From the NCBI GenBank assembly GCA_025453875.1, contig JALOPN010000001.1, forward strand, positions 1-54,117: DNA of 54,117 nt. Reading direction: 5' to 3'. Under the pieces are notes generated by a model, which was not told the DNA's origin, made no database searches, and worked only from the letters and a program-made list of their open reading frames with translations. This DNA comes from Gemmatimonadaceae bacterium (GTDB taxonomy: Bacteria > Gemmatimonadota > Gemmatimonadetes > Gemmatimonadales > Gemmatimonadaceae). The position numbers were made by a program, and so were the translations under genes. Below are positions 19,241 through 29,217 of this stretch, one piece after another. Position 1 is the first letter of the stretch; the number at the start of each line of letters is the position of its first letter.

Positions 19241-20122
19241 ATGACCACGCCGCTTGATGACCTGCTCGCGCTGCTCGATCTCGAACCGCTCGAGGTCAAC
19301 ATCTACCGTGGTCGCAATCGTGACCTGGGGACAGGTCGCGTGTTCGGTGGACAGGTGTTCGCGCAGGCGCTCGTGGCTGCGCGGCGGACGGTGGAAGAGG
19401 CGCGTGAAGCCCACTCGGTGCGCGGTGACTTCATTCTGCCGGGTGATCTGGCGGCTCCCATCGTGTACTTCGTGGATCGCCTGCGAGACGGTGCGAGCTT
19501 CGCCACACGTCGCGTCACCGCCATCCAGCATGGCCGTGCCATCTTCAACCTGTCGGCGAGCTTTCACAAGCAGGAAGATGGGCTCACGCATCAGTCCGAC
19601 ATGCCGACCGACGTGCCGGCGCCCGAGTCCATTCCGAGTGAGTTGTCGCTCATTCGCGCGATCGCCGATCGCATTCCGGAGCGGTATCGCGCCACGTGGA
19701 CGCAGGATCGCCCAATCGACATTCGGCCCGTTGCCCCGATCGATCCCTTCCGCCCCGATCGGCGAGCGCCGCAGCGCATGTTGTGGTTGCGCGCCGAGGG
19801 GCGCATGCCCGATGAGCCGCTGCTGCACCAGGCGGTGCTCGCGTATACGTCCGACTACAGTCTGCTCACCACAGCGCTGCTCCCGCACGGCGTGTCGTTC
19901 CGCGCGCCCGAGCTGCAGCTCGCCTCGCTCGATCATTCGCTGTGGTTGCATCGCCCCTTCCGCGTGGACGAGTGGATGCTCTACGTGATGGACAGCCCCA
20001 CCGCGCACGGCGCGCGCGGCTTCACACGCGGCGCGATCTACGCGCAGGACGGGACGCTGGTCGCCTCGGTGGCGCAGGAGGGACTGCTGCGCCTGCGGCC
20101 GACCACCGACTCGCCCCCGTGA
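19241..20122 (+). CDS. tesB: acyl-CoA thioesterase II
   Basis: Full-length TesB pattern: LDLEPLEVNIYRG..VFGGQVFAQAL..HSVRGDFILPGD..DGASFATRRVTAIQHGR..SLDHSLWLHRPF..GARGFTRG. Confidence 0.9.
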   Translation: MTTPLDDLLALLDLEPLEVNIYRGRNRDLGTGRVFGGQVFAQALVAARRTVEEAREAHSVRGDFILPGDLAAPIVYFVDRLRDGASFATRRVTAIQHGRAIFNLSASFHKQEDGLTHQSDMPTDVPAPESIPSELSLIRAIADRIPERYRATWTQDRPIDIRPVAPIDPFRPDRRAPQRMLWLRAEGRMPDEPLLHQAVLAYTSDYSLLTTALLPHGVSFRAPELQLASLDHSLWLHRPFRVDEWMLYVMDSPTAHGARGFTRGAIYAQDGTLVASVAQEGLLRLRPTTDSPP

Positions 20123-20135
20123 GTCGGACGCGTCG

Positions 20136-21263
20136 ATGACCACGCGTCTCGTGCTCGTGGGGCTCGGGCACGCGCACCTGTTCGTCCTCGAGGCTGCCGC
20201 GCGCGGTCGATTGAACGGAGTCGATCTCACGGTCGTGACCGGCGATGCGGCGCACGTCTACTCGGGTATGGTGCCAGGCTGGATTCGCGACCGTTACACG
20301 CGAAATGACCTGTCGCTCGATGTGCCCGCGTTGTGCGCGTGGGCAGGTGCGCGACACGTCGCACAGCACGCCGTCGGTCTGGACGAGGCCGCGCGCCAGG
20401 TGCGGCTCGCGAACGGCGAATCGTGCGCGTTCGAATGGTGCTCGGTCGCCGTGGGTTCGCGACCGGCGGGTCTGCAGCAGGTGCCGGGCGCCGCGCAACA
20501 CGCACTCCCGCTCAAGCCGTTGGCGAATGTGGCGCAACTACGTGATCGCCTCGACGCGCTCGCGGCGCGCGGCTCGGGGTCGGTCACGGTGGTTGGTGGT
20601 GGGCTCGCGGGACTGGAAGTGGCATTCGCCATGCGGACGCGCCTTGACGCTCGGCTCGGTTCCGCTCGCTCGCGTGACGTTTCAGTGGCGATCCTCACCC
20701 GTGACACCACCTTGCTGCCGGACCGGCCGGCGCTTGCCGCGCGTGTACAGCGTGCGCTCGTGCGGCGCGGCATCACCTGTCGGGTGGACGTCATGATCGA
20801 TGCGGTGCACGCGGATCACCTGCAGCTCGGACGCGCCGCGGACGTATCGAGTGATCTGACCGTGTGGGCGACGGGCGCGGAACCACCGGCGTGGCTGCGC
20901 GAGTCGGGACTACCGACCGACGCGCGTGGCTTTCTGCTGGTGGACGAACACCTGCGCACCGGTGCGACGCACGTCTTCGCGGCGGGCGACTGCGCCACAC
21001 CGCGTGTCCGCCCCGACACCGCGAAGGCGGGTGTCTACGCGGTGCGCATGGGACCGGTGCTCGCGCGCACGCTGGCTGCCACGGTTGCCGGGCGCCGGCT
21101 CCCGGCACCGTACACGCCGCAGCGCCACTTCCTCACCCTGATCGACACCGGCGATGGACGTGCGATCGCACACCGCGCGGGTTGGACCGCCGAAGGGCGT
21201 TGGGTGATGACGTGGAAGGATCACCTCGATCGCCGCTTCGTGCGCCGCTTTCAGTCGCGTTGA
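20136..21263 (+). CDS. FAD/NAD(P)-dependent pyridine nucleotide-disulfide oxidoreductase family protein
   Basis: The N-terminal dinucleotide fold is LVLVGLGHAH, the second fold is VTVVGGGLAGLEVA, and there is a distal AAGDCA motif. Confidence 0.75.
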   Translation: MTTRLVLVGLGHAHLFVLEAAARGRLNGVDLTVVTGDAAHVYSGMVPGWIRDRYTRNDLSLDVPALCAWAGARHVAQHAVGLDEAARQVRLANGESCAFEWCSVAVGSRPAGLQQVPGAAQHALPLKPLANVAQLRDRLDALAARGSGSVTVVGGGLAGLEVAFAMRTRLDARLGSARSRDVSVAILTRDTTLLPDRPALAARVQRALVRRGITCRVDVMIDAVHADHLQLGRAADVSSDLTVWATGAEPPAWLRESGLPTDARGFLLVDEHLRTGATHVFAAGDCATPRVRPDTAKAGVYAVRMGPVLARTLAATVAGRRLPAPYTPQRHFLTLIDTGDGRAIAHRAGWTAEGRWVMTWKDHLDRRFVRRFQSR

Positions 21264-22000
21264 AGGCGCTCCGGTCGCTCGTCGGCCTGACGGCGCGTCG
21301 CGATGAAGAGTGCCCCGTCGCGCGCACGCGGACCGTACGCGATGGTCGCCTGACTCGGGGTGAGGAGTGCGATGAAGTACACGTCATTCGCGGACACGAA
21401 CGCGTTCGCGCCAAGCACCTGTCCATCGACGACCAGGCTGAGGCACCGTCCGGTTCGCACGTAGTAGTAACACCCTTGTCCGCCCTCCGGCGGTCGCACG
21501 CTCGCCAACGGCAGACGTCGCAGCAGGTCACCCATCGACTGCACGCTCGCCCGCTCCTTCTCGATGCGCGCGGGGTCGATCACGCGCCACCCGCCCTGTC
21601 GCGCCTCGCGCAACATGTTCTGGTTGTACGTCCAGCGCACCGGACGATCACCCACGATGCGCACGGACGCGAGTGTCACGCCAACCACGGGCGCACCGAT
21701 CTGCAGGTCGATCGTGTCACGATCGATGGGCAATCGCACGAGCTCCGATTCCGTCGGTTCGGCGCCGACCTTGCGAATCACGAGGCGCACCGCGCGCGCG
21801 TTGCGGGCGTCGAGCAGGAAGCGACCGGCAGCGTTGGTGCGTGCCTCGCCGAGTGTGACGCGTGATGAATCGGTGAGGGTGATCACGGCATCGGCCAGTG
21901 GCGCGTCGCTGCCCGCCTGTACGAGGGTGCCGCGCACCACCTGTGCCGCAAGCGGCGCTCCGAGTGGCGCGAACAGGAGCGCCGCGATCGCGTACCACAT
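21251..22000 (-). CDS. secreted carboxypeptidase-regulatory-like domain protein with a plug-like C-terminal region
   Basis: The ATG at 22000 gives the signal MWYAIAALLFAPLGAPLAAQ. VRGTLVQ..AVITL..TNAAGRFLL (CarboxypepD_reg-like) follows, then MGDLLRRLPLASV..LVVDGQ. The upstream part of the track ORF overlaps fabH and is rejected. Confidence 0.55.
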   Translation of the reverse strand: MWYAIAALLFAPLGAPLAAQVVRGTLVQAGSDAPLADAVITLTDSSRVTLGEARTNAAGRFLLDARNARAVRLVIRKVGAEPTESELVRLPIDRDTIDLQIGAPVVGVTLASVRIVGDRPVRWTYNQNMLREARQGGWRVIDPARIEKERASVQSMGDLLRRLPLASVRPPEGGQGCYYYVRTGRCLSLVVDGQVLGANAFVSANDVYFIALLTPSQATIAYGPRARDGALFIATRRQADERPERLQRD

Positions 22001-22056
22001 GCGTCGCACCCGTGCGTCCGTGTGCACCGATCGTACGACGTGCGCGCGCACGCGGG

Positions 22057-23196
22057 TCAGCCGGCGGCAGAGAGCGTGTACGACTCGGCGAATGCGGGGG
22101 CCATGAGTCCGGCGAGCGAACGGCCGTGCGGGTCCTGATGCGCGCGGATCGCGTTCACCATCTCGAGCGCCGACTGCGTTGGCGGTGGCAACTCGATGGT
22201 GCTGTGCCCGAGCGGTGTGACACGTTCTCCCCACCGCACGAGCAGGGAACACCACGTGAGTCCACCACCGAACGCGGGCATGAGCAGGGTCGCGCCAGGG
22301 CGAACACGCCCTTCCTCCAGCGCTTCGACGAGCGCCACCGGCACGGTGGCCGCACTCATGTTCCCGTACTTCTGCACGGTCACCATCACCTTCTCCATCG
22401 GCACGCCGGCGTACTTCGCGACCGATTCGATGATGCGCAGGTTCGCCTGATGCGGCACGACGAGATCGATGTCATCGGGCGCGATGCCACGCTCGGCCAT
22501 CACCCGACGCGACGCTTCGGCCATCGCGTGCACAGCACGCTTGAAGATGGCCTGCCCATCGAAGTCCCACAGCGTGTCACCGAACGAAATCTCGCGATTG
22601 GCGTAGGTGCAGCCGAAGCCCCGCACCCGCAGCGTCTGTCGTCCCTCGGCGTCGCAACCGAGTGAGCTCGCGAGTACTCCCTGCTCGGTATCGGACGCCT
22701 GCAGCACTACCGCCGCGGCGCCATCACCGAACAGCACGGCCACGTTGCGGTTGCTCCAGTCCATGTACCGACTGATGAGCTCCACCCCGATCACGATGGC
22801 GTTGCGTACCACGCCGGTGCGGATCATCGCGGTGGCGGTCGTGAGGCCGTAGCAGAAGCTCGTGCACGCCGTGTTGAGGTCGATGCTCGCGGCCTTCGTG
22901 GCACCGAGCGCGATCTGCACCCCGGAGGCCGAGTTGGGCACGAGCTCGTCGTTCGACACCCCGCCGTAGATGATGAGATCCACATCGGCCGCATCGAGCC
23001 CCGCGCAGGCCAGCGCGCGTGACGCGGCCACGGTGGAGAGTTCGATCGCGCTCACGTGCGAGATGCGACGCTCGCGCATGCCGGTGCGTGTACTGATCCA
23101 CTCGTCCGACGTCTCGAGGAAGGTGGACAGGTCGTCGTTGCTGAGCACGGCGGGCGGCATGCACTTGCCCCAACCGGTGATGGCGGCGTAGGTCAT
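22057..23196 (-). CDS. fabH: 3-oxoacyl-ACP synthase III (FabH-like) with a ~50-aa C-terminal extension
   Basis: The Cys/His/Asn catalytic contexts are NTACTSFCYG, VPHQANLRII and GNMSAATVP. A tail follows the usual C-terminus: ERVTPLGHSTIELPPPTQSALEMVNAIRAHQ... Confidence 0.8.
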   Translation of the reverse strand: MTYAAITGWGKCMPPAVLSNDDLSTFLETSDEWISTRTGMRERRISHVSAIELSTVAASRALACAGLDAADVDLIIYGGVSNDELVPNSASGVQIALGATKAASIDLNTACTSFCYGLTTATAMIRTGVVRNAIVIGVELISRYMDWSNRNVAVLFGDGAAAVVLQASDTEQGVLASSLGCDAEGRQTLRVRGFGCTYANREISFGDTLWDFDGQAIFKRAVHAMAEASRRVMAERGIAPDDIDLVVPHQANLRIIESVAKYAGVPMEKVMVTVQKYGNMSAATVPVALVEALEEGRVRPGATLLMPAFGGGLTWCSLLVRWGERVTPLGHSTIELPPPTQSALEMVNAIRAHQDPHGRSLAGLMAPAFAESYTLSAAG

Positions 23197-23292
23197 GGCG
23201 GGCGGACAGGCGGGAGGATTCCGGGCGAACGCTGCCGGAAACTGGGCGCCGGACCAGCGGGGCGGGAGGGGCGTCCCGCCCGCCCCGACCGT

Positions 23293-24360
23293 TTAGCGCA
23301 GGGACCGTCGCGTGGGCAAAACCACCCAGTAGTCGAAGTCGAGGACAACCGACGGATCGTAGCCGCCGCTTTCGAGCTGGTCCGGGAAGTCGCGGGCCGC
23401 CCGATCCTTCACCGCCACGGTGCGGACCCGCAGCGCGCCCAGATCGGTCCGATCGGGCAGCGGCTCGTGCGCCAGCACTTCCGACCACGCGTAGATCGTG
23501 TCGCCCGCGAAGCTCGGGTTGACGTGACGTCCACCGTTGATGCCGACGATCGCAAACGCGTTGCCGAGCCCATTGAACGACAACGCCCGCGCGAGCGAAA
23601 TGAGGTGCCCGCCGTACACGATGCGGCGACCGAAGCGACCGTCGCGTTCCACGTGCTGGTTGAAGTGCACGCGCGCTGTGTTCTGGTAGAGACGCGCGGC
23701 CATCATGTGTTCCGCTTCCTCGATCGTCATGCCGTCCACGTGATCGATGCGCTCACCCACGGTGTAGTCTTCCCAGGCGAACGGGCTGCCCGCGAGCGCG
23801 GTGTCGTACGTGCCGGGCGCGATGTGGAACGGGACATGCAACGAGGATGGTGTCACGCCACTTGGCAGCTCAGGCACCACGGGGGACGGTGGTACCGACG
23901 ACGCATCGCGCTTCCGCACCATGGCCCAGCGCGTGTACTCGAGGACGAGTTCGTCGTGCTGATTGACGCCGCGGGATCGCACGTATACCACGCCCGTCGT
24001 CCCATCACGATTGGCCTTGGTGCCGAGCACGGTGCTCGTCGTGCGGATCGTGTCACCTGGGTACACCGGTACACCGAATCGACCATCGGCGTAGCCGAGA
24101 TTGGCGATCGCATTCAGCGAAACATCGGGTACGGTCTTGCCGAACACGACGTGAAACACGAGCACGCTGTCGAGTGGCGCCGCGCGCAGGCCGACCGACT
24201 CGGCGAACGGCGCGGACGACACCGGGGCAAACCGACCGCCGAACAGCGCGGTGTAGAGCGCGACGTCGCCGTCGGTCACGGTGCGCGGCGTTGCGTGAAC
24301 GAGCGTCTCGCCCACCACAAAATCCTCGAAGAATCGGCCAGCGTTCGTCTTGGTGCTCAT
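23293..24360 (-). CDS. mch: double hot-dog MaoC-family enoyl-CoA hydratase, mesaconyl-C1-CoA (beta-methylmalyl-CoA) hydratase-like
   Basis: 355 aa from the ATG at 24360 (MSTKTNAGRFFEDFVVGE). It has two MaoC-like halves and sits immediately downstream of the malyl-CoA lyase gene. Confidence 0.75.
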   Translation of the reverse strand: MSTKTNAGRFFEDFVVGETLVHATPRTVTDGDVALYTALFGGRFAPVSSAPFAESVGLRAAPLDSVLVFHVVFGKTVPDVSLNAIANLGYADGRFGVPVYPGDTIRTTSTVLGTKANRDGTTGVVYVRSRGVNQHDELVLEYTRWAMVRKRDASSVPPSPVVPELPSGVTPSSLHVPFHIAPGTYDTALAGSPFAWEDYTVGERIDHVDGMTIEEAEHMMAARLYQNTARVHFNQHVERDGRFGRRIVYGGHLISLARALSFNGLGNAFAIVGINGGRHVNPSFAGDTIYAWSEVLAHEPLPDRTDLGALRVRTVAVKDRAARDFPDQLESGGYDPSVVLDFDYWVVLPTRRSLR

Positions 24361-24370
24361 GGTGCGCGAC

Positions 24371-25417
24371 TCACGCGAACTCGTAGGCGGTGGCCAGCTC
24401 GGGATCCTTCTGCGCCACAAGCCGGGCGAGATCGACGATGACCTTCGCCTGCTTCCACGTGGCGTCGTCCTGCATCTTGCCGTCGATCATCGCCACACCG
24501 CTGCCGTCCGGCATCGCGTCGAGAATACGCTTGGCGAACAGCACTTCCTTCACGTCGGGGCTGAACACGCGCCGCGCAATGGCGATCTGGTTGGGTGCGA
24601 GCGACCAGGCGCCCGTGCACCCCATCACGAACGCATTGCGGAACTGTGCTTCGCAGCCGGCCTCGTCACGGATGTCGCCGAACGGGCCATAGAACGCTCG
24701 AATGCCGTGCGACACGCAGGCATCCACCATGCGCGCCACGGTGTAGTGCCACAGATCCTGCTGCACGAACGCGCGCGTCGCGCCGTCCTCGGCCGGGTCG
24801 GAGAGGACGCCGTAGAACGGATGCCCGCCGCCGACGCGCGTGGTCTTCATGCCACGCGAGGCCGCGAGGTCGGCCGGCCCGAGCGAGAGACCGTGCATGC
24901 GCGGGCTCGCGCCGGCGATCTGTTCGACGTTCTTCACGCCCTCCGCGGTTTCCAGCAGCGCGTGAATCAGGATGGGGCGCGTGATGCCGTGGCGGGCCTC
25001 CAGCAGCGCGAGGTACTGGTCCACGAAGTGAATGTCCCACGGCCCTTCGACCTTCGGGATCATCACCACGTCCACCCGATTGCCGGCGCGCGCGACGATC
25101 TCCGACAAGTCATCGAGGATCCACGGCGAGTTCAGGCAGTTCACGCGCACCCACAGCTGCGTGCCACCGAAGTCATGCGCGTTGGCCACCGCAATGAATC
25201 CTTCGCGCGCCGCGCCCTTGTCTTCCACCGGAATCGCGTCTTCGAGGTTGCCGCACAGGACGTCCACCTGCGCGAGCATCTCCGGCACACGAGCACGGAT
25301 CTTCTCCACGTGCGGCGGGAAGAAATGGATCATGCGCTCCGGACGCACCGGCAGCGTGCGAAACGGCAGGGGTGCGCCAATCGCGAGCGGCTTGTAGAAG
25401 TTGACGGGAAGCTTCAC
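24371..25417 (-). CDS. mcl: L-malyl-CoA/beta-methylmalyl-CoA/citramalyl-CoA lyase (HpcH/HpaI-CitE family)
   Basis: 348 aa. [126 protein letters not shown]. The length and motifs match my recollection of the Chloroflexus/Rhodobacter Mcl family. Confidence 0.88.
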   Translation of the reverse strand: MKLPVNFYKPLAIGAPLPFRTLPVRPERMIHFFPPHVEKIRARVPEMLAQVDVLCGNLEDAIPVEDKGAAREGFIAVANAHDFGGTQLWVRVNCLNSPWILDDLSEIVARAGNRVDVVMIPKVEGPWDIHFVDQYLALLEARHGITRPILIHALLETAEGVKNVEQIAGASPRMHGLSLGPADLAASRGMKTTRVGGGHPFYGVLSDPAEDGATRAFVQQDLWHYTVARMVDACVSHGIRAFYGPFGDIRDEAGCEAQFRNAFVMGCTGAWSLAPNQIAIARRVFSPDVKEVLFAKRILDAMPDGSGVAMIDGKMQDDATWKQAKVIVDLARLVAQKDPELATAYEFA

Positions 25418-25440
25418 GAGAGACTCGGGGTGGAGGAGAG

Positions 25441-26667
25441 TCAGGCAGCAGGGCCAGCCACGATGCCGGCGTCGTGTAACGCGCCGAGTTCGGCCTCGCT
25501 GAGGCCGGCGATCGACAACAGGACTTCGTCGGTGTGCTCACCGAGCGTTGGGGCGGGCGCGACCGCGCTCCGCGCCATCTCGGCGAAATGCAGCGGGATG
25601 CCAGCCGCGAGGTACGGCGCCCCGGAGGCGGCCGTGACCTCGCCGAAGATCGGATTGGCGAGGCTCGCGTCGGCGTCGTGCGCGAGCAGTTCGCGCACCG
25701 TACGATACGGACCCCACGCGACACGGTGCCGCGTGAGCGTGTCGCGCACCTCCGCAATCGTTCTCGCCGCAAACCATGGCGCGAGGACGTCGCTGATGTG
25801 TTCGCGCGCAGTGAAGCGCGCGCCTTCGTCCTGCAGGTCGAGGCGGAGCTGCGTGGCGAGCGCCGCCATCACATCGGCACTGTCCGTGGCGGCGACGAGT
25901 GCCTTCCACTGCGCGTCAGTCAGCCCCACCACCATGACGCGCGCGCCATCGGCCGTCATGAAGTCGCGGCCGAAGGCGCCGAACAGGTAGTTCCCGTACC
26001 GCGGGCGATCGGCGTCGTGCAACGCGGCTTCTCCGAGGAAGCCGAGGTGCGACAGCATGGCCAGCCCGACGTCCTTGAGCGCGAGTTGCACCAGCTGTCC
26101 ACGTCCCGTTCGCGAGCGATGCCGCTCGGCCGCGAGCAGACCGATCGCGAGCTGATGCCCCGCGATCAGATCCCACGCCGGCAACACATGATTCACCGGT
26201 GTGTCATCGTGCGCCGGGCCGGTGAGCGATGGCACGCCAATGGCCGGGTTGACGGTGTAGTCGACTTCACTACCGCCATCGCGCCGACCGGTGAGCACGA
26301 GCATGATCAGGTCGTCGCGGTGCGCGCGGAGCGCCTCGTACGAGAGCCAGCCACGCGCCGGAAAGTTGGTGGAGAAGATGCCGGCGTCCGGTCCCGGTGC
26401 GGTGATCACGCGCGTGAGGACTTCCTGTCCACGCGGTGATCGCAGATCGATCGCGACGGACCGTTTGCCGCGATTGAGGCCGCTCCAGAAGAGACTCTCG
26501 CGGCCGTCCGGTGCGAGCGGCCAGCGCCGCGCGTCGAGGCCGCCGCCAATCTGATCGAAGCGAATGACATCGGCACCAAGCTGCGCGAGCGTGAGACCAC
26601 CGAGCGGTGCCGCCACAAACGCGCTGCCTTCCACCACACGCAGCCCGGAGAGCAATCCGTCGTGCAC
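25441..26667 (-). CDS. mct: family III (CaiB/BaiF) CoA-transferase, mesaconyl-CoA C1-C4 transferase-like
   Basis: 408 aa with a GTG start at 26667, 2 nt after the upstream stop. [30 protein letters not shown] are family III hallmarks. It sits between the mcl gene and the transferase pair. Confidence 0.7.
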   Translation of the reverse strand: MHDGLLSGLRVVEGSAFVAAPLGGLTLAQLGADVIRFDQIGGGLDARRWPLAPDGRESLFWSGLNRGKRSVAIDLRSPRGQEVLTRVITAPGPDAGIFSTNFPARGWLSYEALRAHRDDLIMLVLTGRRDGGSEVDYTVNPAIGVPSLTGPAHDDTPVNHVLPAWDLIAGHQLAIGLLAAERHRSRTGRGQLVQLALKDVGLAMLSHLGFLGEAALHDADRPRYGNYLFGAFGRDFMTADGARVMVVGLTDAQWKALVAATDSADVMAALATQLRLDLQDEGARFTAREHISDVLAPWFAARTIAEVRDTLTRHRVAWGPYRTVRELLAHDADASLANPIFGEVTAASGAPYLAAGIPLHFAEMARSAVAPAPTLGEHTDEVLLSIAGLSEAELGALHDAGIVAGPAA

Positions 26668-26669
26668 GC

Positions 26670-27941
26670 TCAGATCACCCGGCGGGCGCGCAGATCGGCG
26701 ATCGCCGCCTCATCGAGGCCGAGCACCTCGTGCAGCACCTCGTCGGTGTGCTGCCCGAGCGTGGGGCCGAGCGACCGGATGCTGCCGGGTGTCTCGGAGA
26801 GACGCGGGACCACCGACGGGACCACCATGGCTTCGCCCGTGAGGGGATCGTCGATGGCCACGAGGTTGCGTCGCGCGTGAAACTGCCGGTCGCCGAAGAT
26901 GTCGGCGATGTTGTTGAGCGGGCCGGCTGGCGTGTCGGTCGCGTAGCAGCGCGTAAGCACCTCTTCGCGCGTGAGCGACCCGCACCAGTCACGCACGATC
27001 TCGTTCACGGCGTGCGCGTGCGCGAGGCGAACCTTCTGTTCGCCATAGGTGCTTGATGACGCCAGCTCCGGTCGCCCCATCGCCTGTGTCAGTCGCGCGA
27101 ACAGCTTGTCGGTGGCGCAGGAAATGGCGACCCACTTGCCGTCCTTCGTGGCGAAGTGGCCGTGCGGGCAGGCGAAGTCGTTGTGGCTGGAGCCCATGCG
27201 CTCACGCACGGTGCCGTTGAGACTGTAGGCGGGCGCGAGTTCGTCGGTGCACCGGAACACCGATTCGTAGAGCGCGGCATCCACGTACTGCCCTTCACCC
27301 GTGCGGTCACGATGCCGCAGCGCCATGAGCACACCGAGGCAACCGTACAGCCCCGTCATGTAGTCGCCGAGCGTTGTGGAGCCGGGCGTGACGGGCGTGC
27401 CCTTGGGCATCCCGGCGAGATACGCAATGCCGCCCACCGCGTGCGCGACGCGCGCGAACCCCGGACGATCCTTGTACGGGCCCGTCTGTCCGTAGCCCGT
27501 GACGCGGAGCATGATGAGTCGCGGATTGATCGCGCGCAGCACGTCCCAGCCGAGGCCCCACTTCTCGAGCGTGCCCGTGCGGAAGTTCTCGCACAGCACA
27601 TCTGTCTCGGCGATGAGCGCCTTGAAGAGGCGCATACCGTCGGGGTGGCGCAGGTCGAGCGTGACGCTGCGCTTGTTGCGCGCCTCGCTCACCCACGTGA
27701 GTGTGTCGCCGCGTTGCGACGGTGTGCCGAAGCGACGCAATCCGTCGCCGCCAACGGGATGCTCGACCTTGAGGACGTCGGCACCGAACTCGCCCAGCAA
27801 TGTGGCGCAGAATGGCGCGGCGATGATCGTCGCGACATCGACCACGCGAATGCCGGCCAGCGGCAGCGGCGTCGCGGCGTGCACCGGTGGCGAACCCGGC
27901 TGCGCCTGATCGCCCGTCATGTGAGAGGCCGTTGTGGTCAT
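26670..27941 (-). CDS. family III CoA-transferase, SmtA/SmtB-like subunit (succinyl-CoA:malate/citramalate type)
   Basis: 423 aa. [54 protein letters not shown]. It is a clear paralogue of the next gene. Its ATG shares one nucleotide with the upstream stop (TGATG). Confidence 0.7.
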   Translation of the reverse strand: MTTTASHMTGDQAQPGSPPVHAATPLPLAGIRVVDVATIIAAPFCATLLGEFGADVLKVEHPVGGDGLRRFGTPSQRGDTLTWVSEARNKRSVTLDLRHPDGMRLFKALIAETDVLCENFRTGTLEKWGLGWDVLRAINPRLIMLRVTGYGQTGPYKDRPGFARVAHAVGGIAYLAGMPKGTPVTPGSTTLGDYMTGLYGCLGVLMALRHRDRTGEGQYVDAALYESVFRCTDELAPAYSLNGTVRERMGSSHNDFACPHGHFATKDGKWVAISCATDKLFARLTQAMGRPELASSSTYGEQKVRLAHAHAVNEIVRDWCGSLTREEVLTRCYATDTPAGPLNNIADIFGDRQFHARRNLVAIDDPLTGEAMVVPSVVPRLSETPGSIRSLGPTLGQHTDEVLHEVLGLDEAAIADLRARRVI

Positions 27942-29185
27942 CAGATGATCCGCTGTTGACGCAGTCGTTCGATTTCCGACGTGGCAAGGCCGAGCAACTC
28001 GCGCAACACGTCGTCGGTGGCGTTGCCGAGTGTGGGGCCGAGATTCGTGATGCGTCCCGGTGTCTGCGACAATCGTGGAATCACGCCCGGAATCACCACG
28101 TCCGGCACGCCCGCTTCAGACATGCGCGCGAGGTTCTCGCGGGCCGCGAACTGTTCGTCCTCGAAAATGTCGGCAATGCTGTTGACCTTGCCGACAGGCA
28201 CCTCCTCCTCGAGGCACCGGGCCAGCACTTCGTCACGCGACAGCGATCCGACCCATTCGATGACGATGGCGTTCACTCGATCGCGATCAGCCAATCGCTT
28301 GCGCTGGTCGCCGTACAGGTTGCTCGACGACAGATGCGGTTGCCCCATCGCGACCGAGAGCCGCTCGAACATCTTGTCGGTGGTGCAGGCGATGGCGATC
28401 CACTTGTCGTCGGCGGTGCGGAAATGTCCGTGCGGTACCGCCACAAAGCTGCCAGACCCTTCGCGTTCGCGGATCTTGCCACTCTGTCCATAGGCGGTGG
28501 CGATCTCCTCGAGCACGCGGAACACGGATTCATAAATGCCGACGTCGATCATCTGACCGCGTCCGGTCGCCTCCTGATGGCGCAGGGCGATCAGCACACC
28601 GATCGCGCCGAAGAGACTCGCGATGTAGTCACCCAGTGGCACCGTGCCCGGCAGCACGGGGGTCTCGCCTGGAAAGCCGGCGAGATAGTTGAGCCCCCCG
28701 AACGCCTGCGCGATGTGCGCAAACCCCGAGCGCCGACGGTACGGCCCCGTCTGCCCGTACCCCGACACGCGCAGCATCACGAGCGCCGGATTGGCCGCGT
28801 GCACCTGATCCCAGCCGAGGCCCCACTCCTCCATGGTGCCGGGGCGAAAGTTCTCCACGAGCACGTGCGACTTGCGGCACAACGCGAGAAAGAGCGAAAC
28901 CCCTTCGGGCTGTCGCAGGTCGAGCGTGACCGACTTGCGATTGCGTCCCTCACTCAGCCACTTGAGCGAGGCGTCGGACCGCGGCGACGGCGTCCCGAAG
29001 CGACGCATCGGATCGCCGGCGATGGGATGCTCGATCTTGAGCACTTCCGCGCCGAATTCGCCGAGAATGGAGGCGGCATACGGGCCGGCGAGAAAGTTGC
29101 CGACATCGAGCACGCGCACGCCGGCCAGCGGGAGCGCGGCGGTTGGCTGGCCGGTGTGGCCGGCATCGCTATCTTGGGGCGACAC
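27941..29185 (-). CDS. family III CoA-transferase, SmtA/SmtB-like subunit (paralogue of 26670..27941)
   Basis: 414 aa. [54 protein letters not shown]. The track start at 29185 is a GTG. Confidence 0.7.
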   Translation of the reverse strand: MSPQDSDAGHTGQPTAALPLAGVRVLDVGNFLAGPYAASILGEFGAEVLKIEHPIAGDPMRRFGTPSPRSDASLKWLSEGRNRKSVTLDLRQPEGVSLFLALCRKSHVLVENFRPGTMEEWGLGWDQVHAANPALVMLRVSGYGQTGPYRRRSGFAHIAQAFGGLNYLAGFPGETPVLPGTVPLGDYIASLFGAIGVLIALRHQEATGRGQMIDVGIYESVFRVLEEIATAYGQSGKIREREGSGSFVAVPHGHFRTADDKWIAIACTTDKMFERLSVAMGQPHLSSSNLYGDQRKRLADRDRVNAIVIEWVGSLSRDEVLARCLEEEVPVGKVNSIADIFEDEQFAARENLARMSEAGVPDVVIPGVIPRLSQTPGRITNLGPTLGNATDDVLRELLGLATSEIERLRQQRII

Positions 29186-29217
29186 GATGATGGTCCTCTC
29201 CTCCGCCAGGGTCGATC

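Noticed and set aside
23260-23281. 8-bp hairpin GGGCGGGA-ggggcg-TCCCGCCC between mch and the fabH-like gene.
   Set aside because: The stem is short and no U-tract follows on the transcribed strand, so I cannot call it a terminator.
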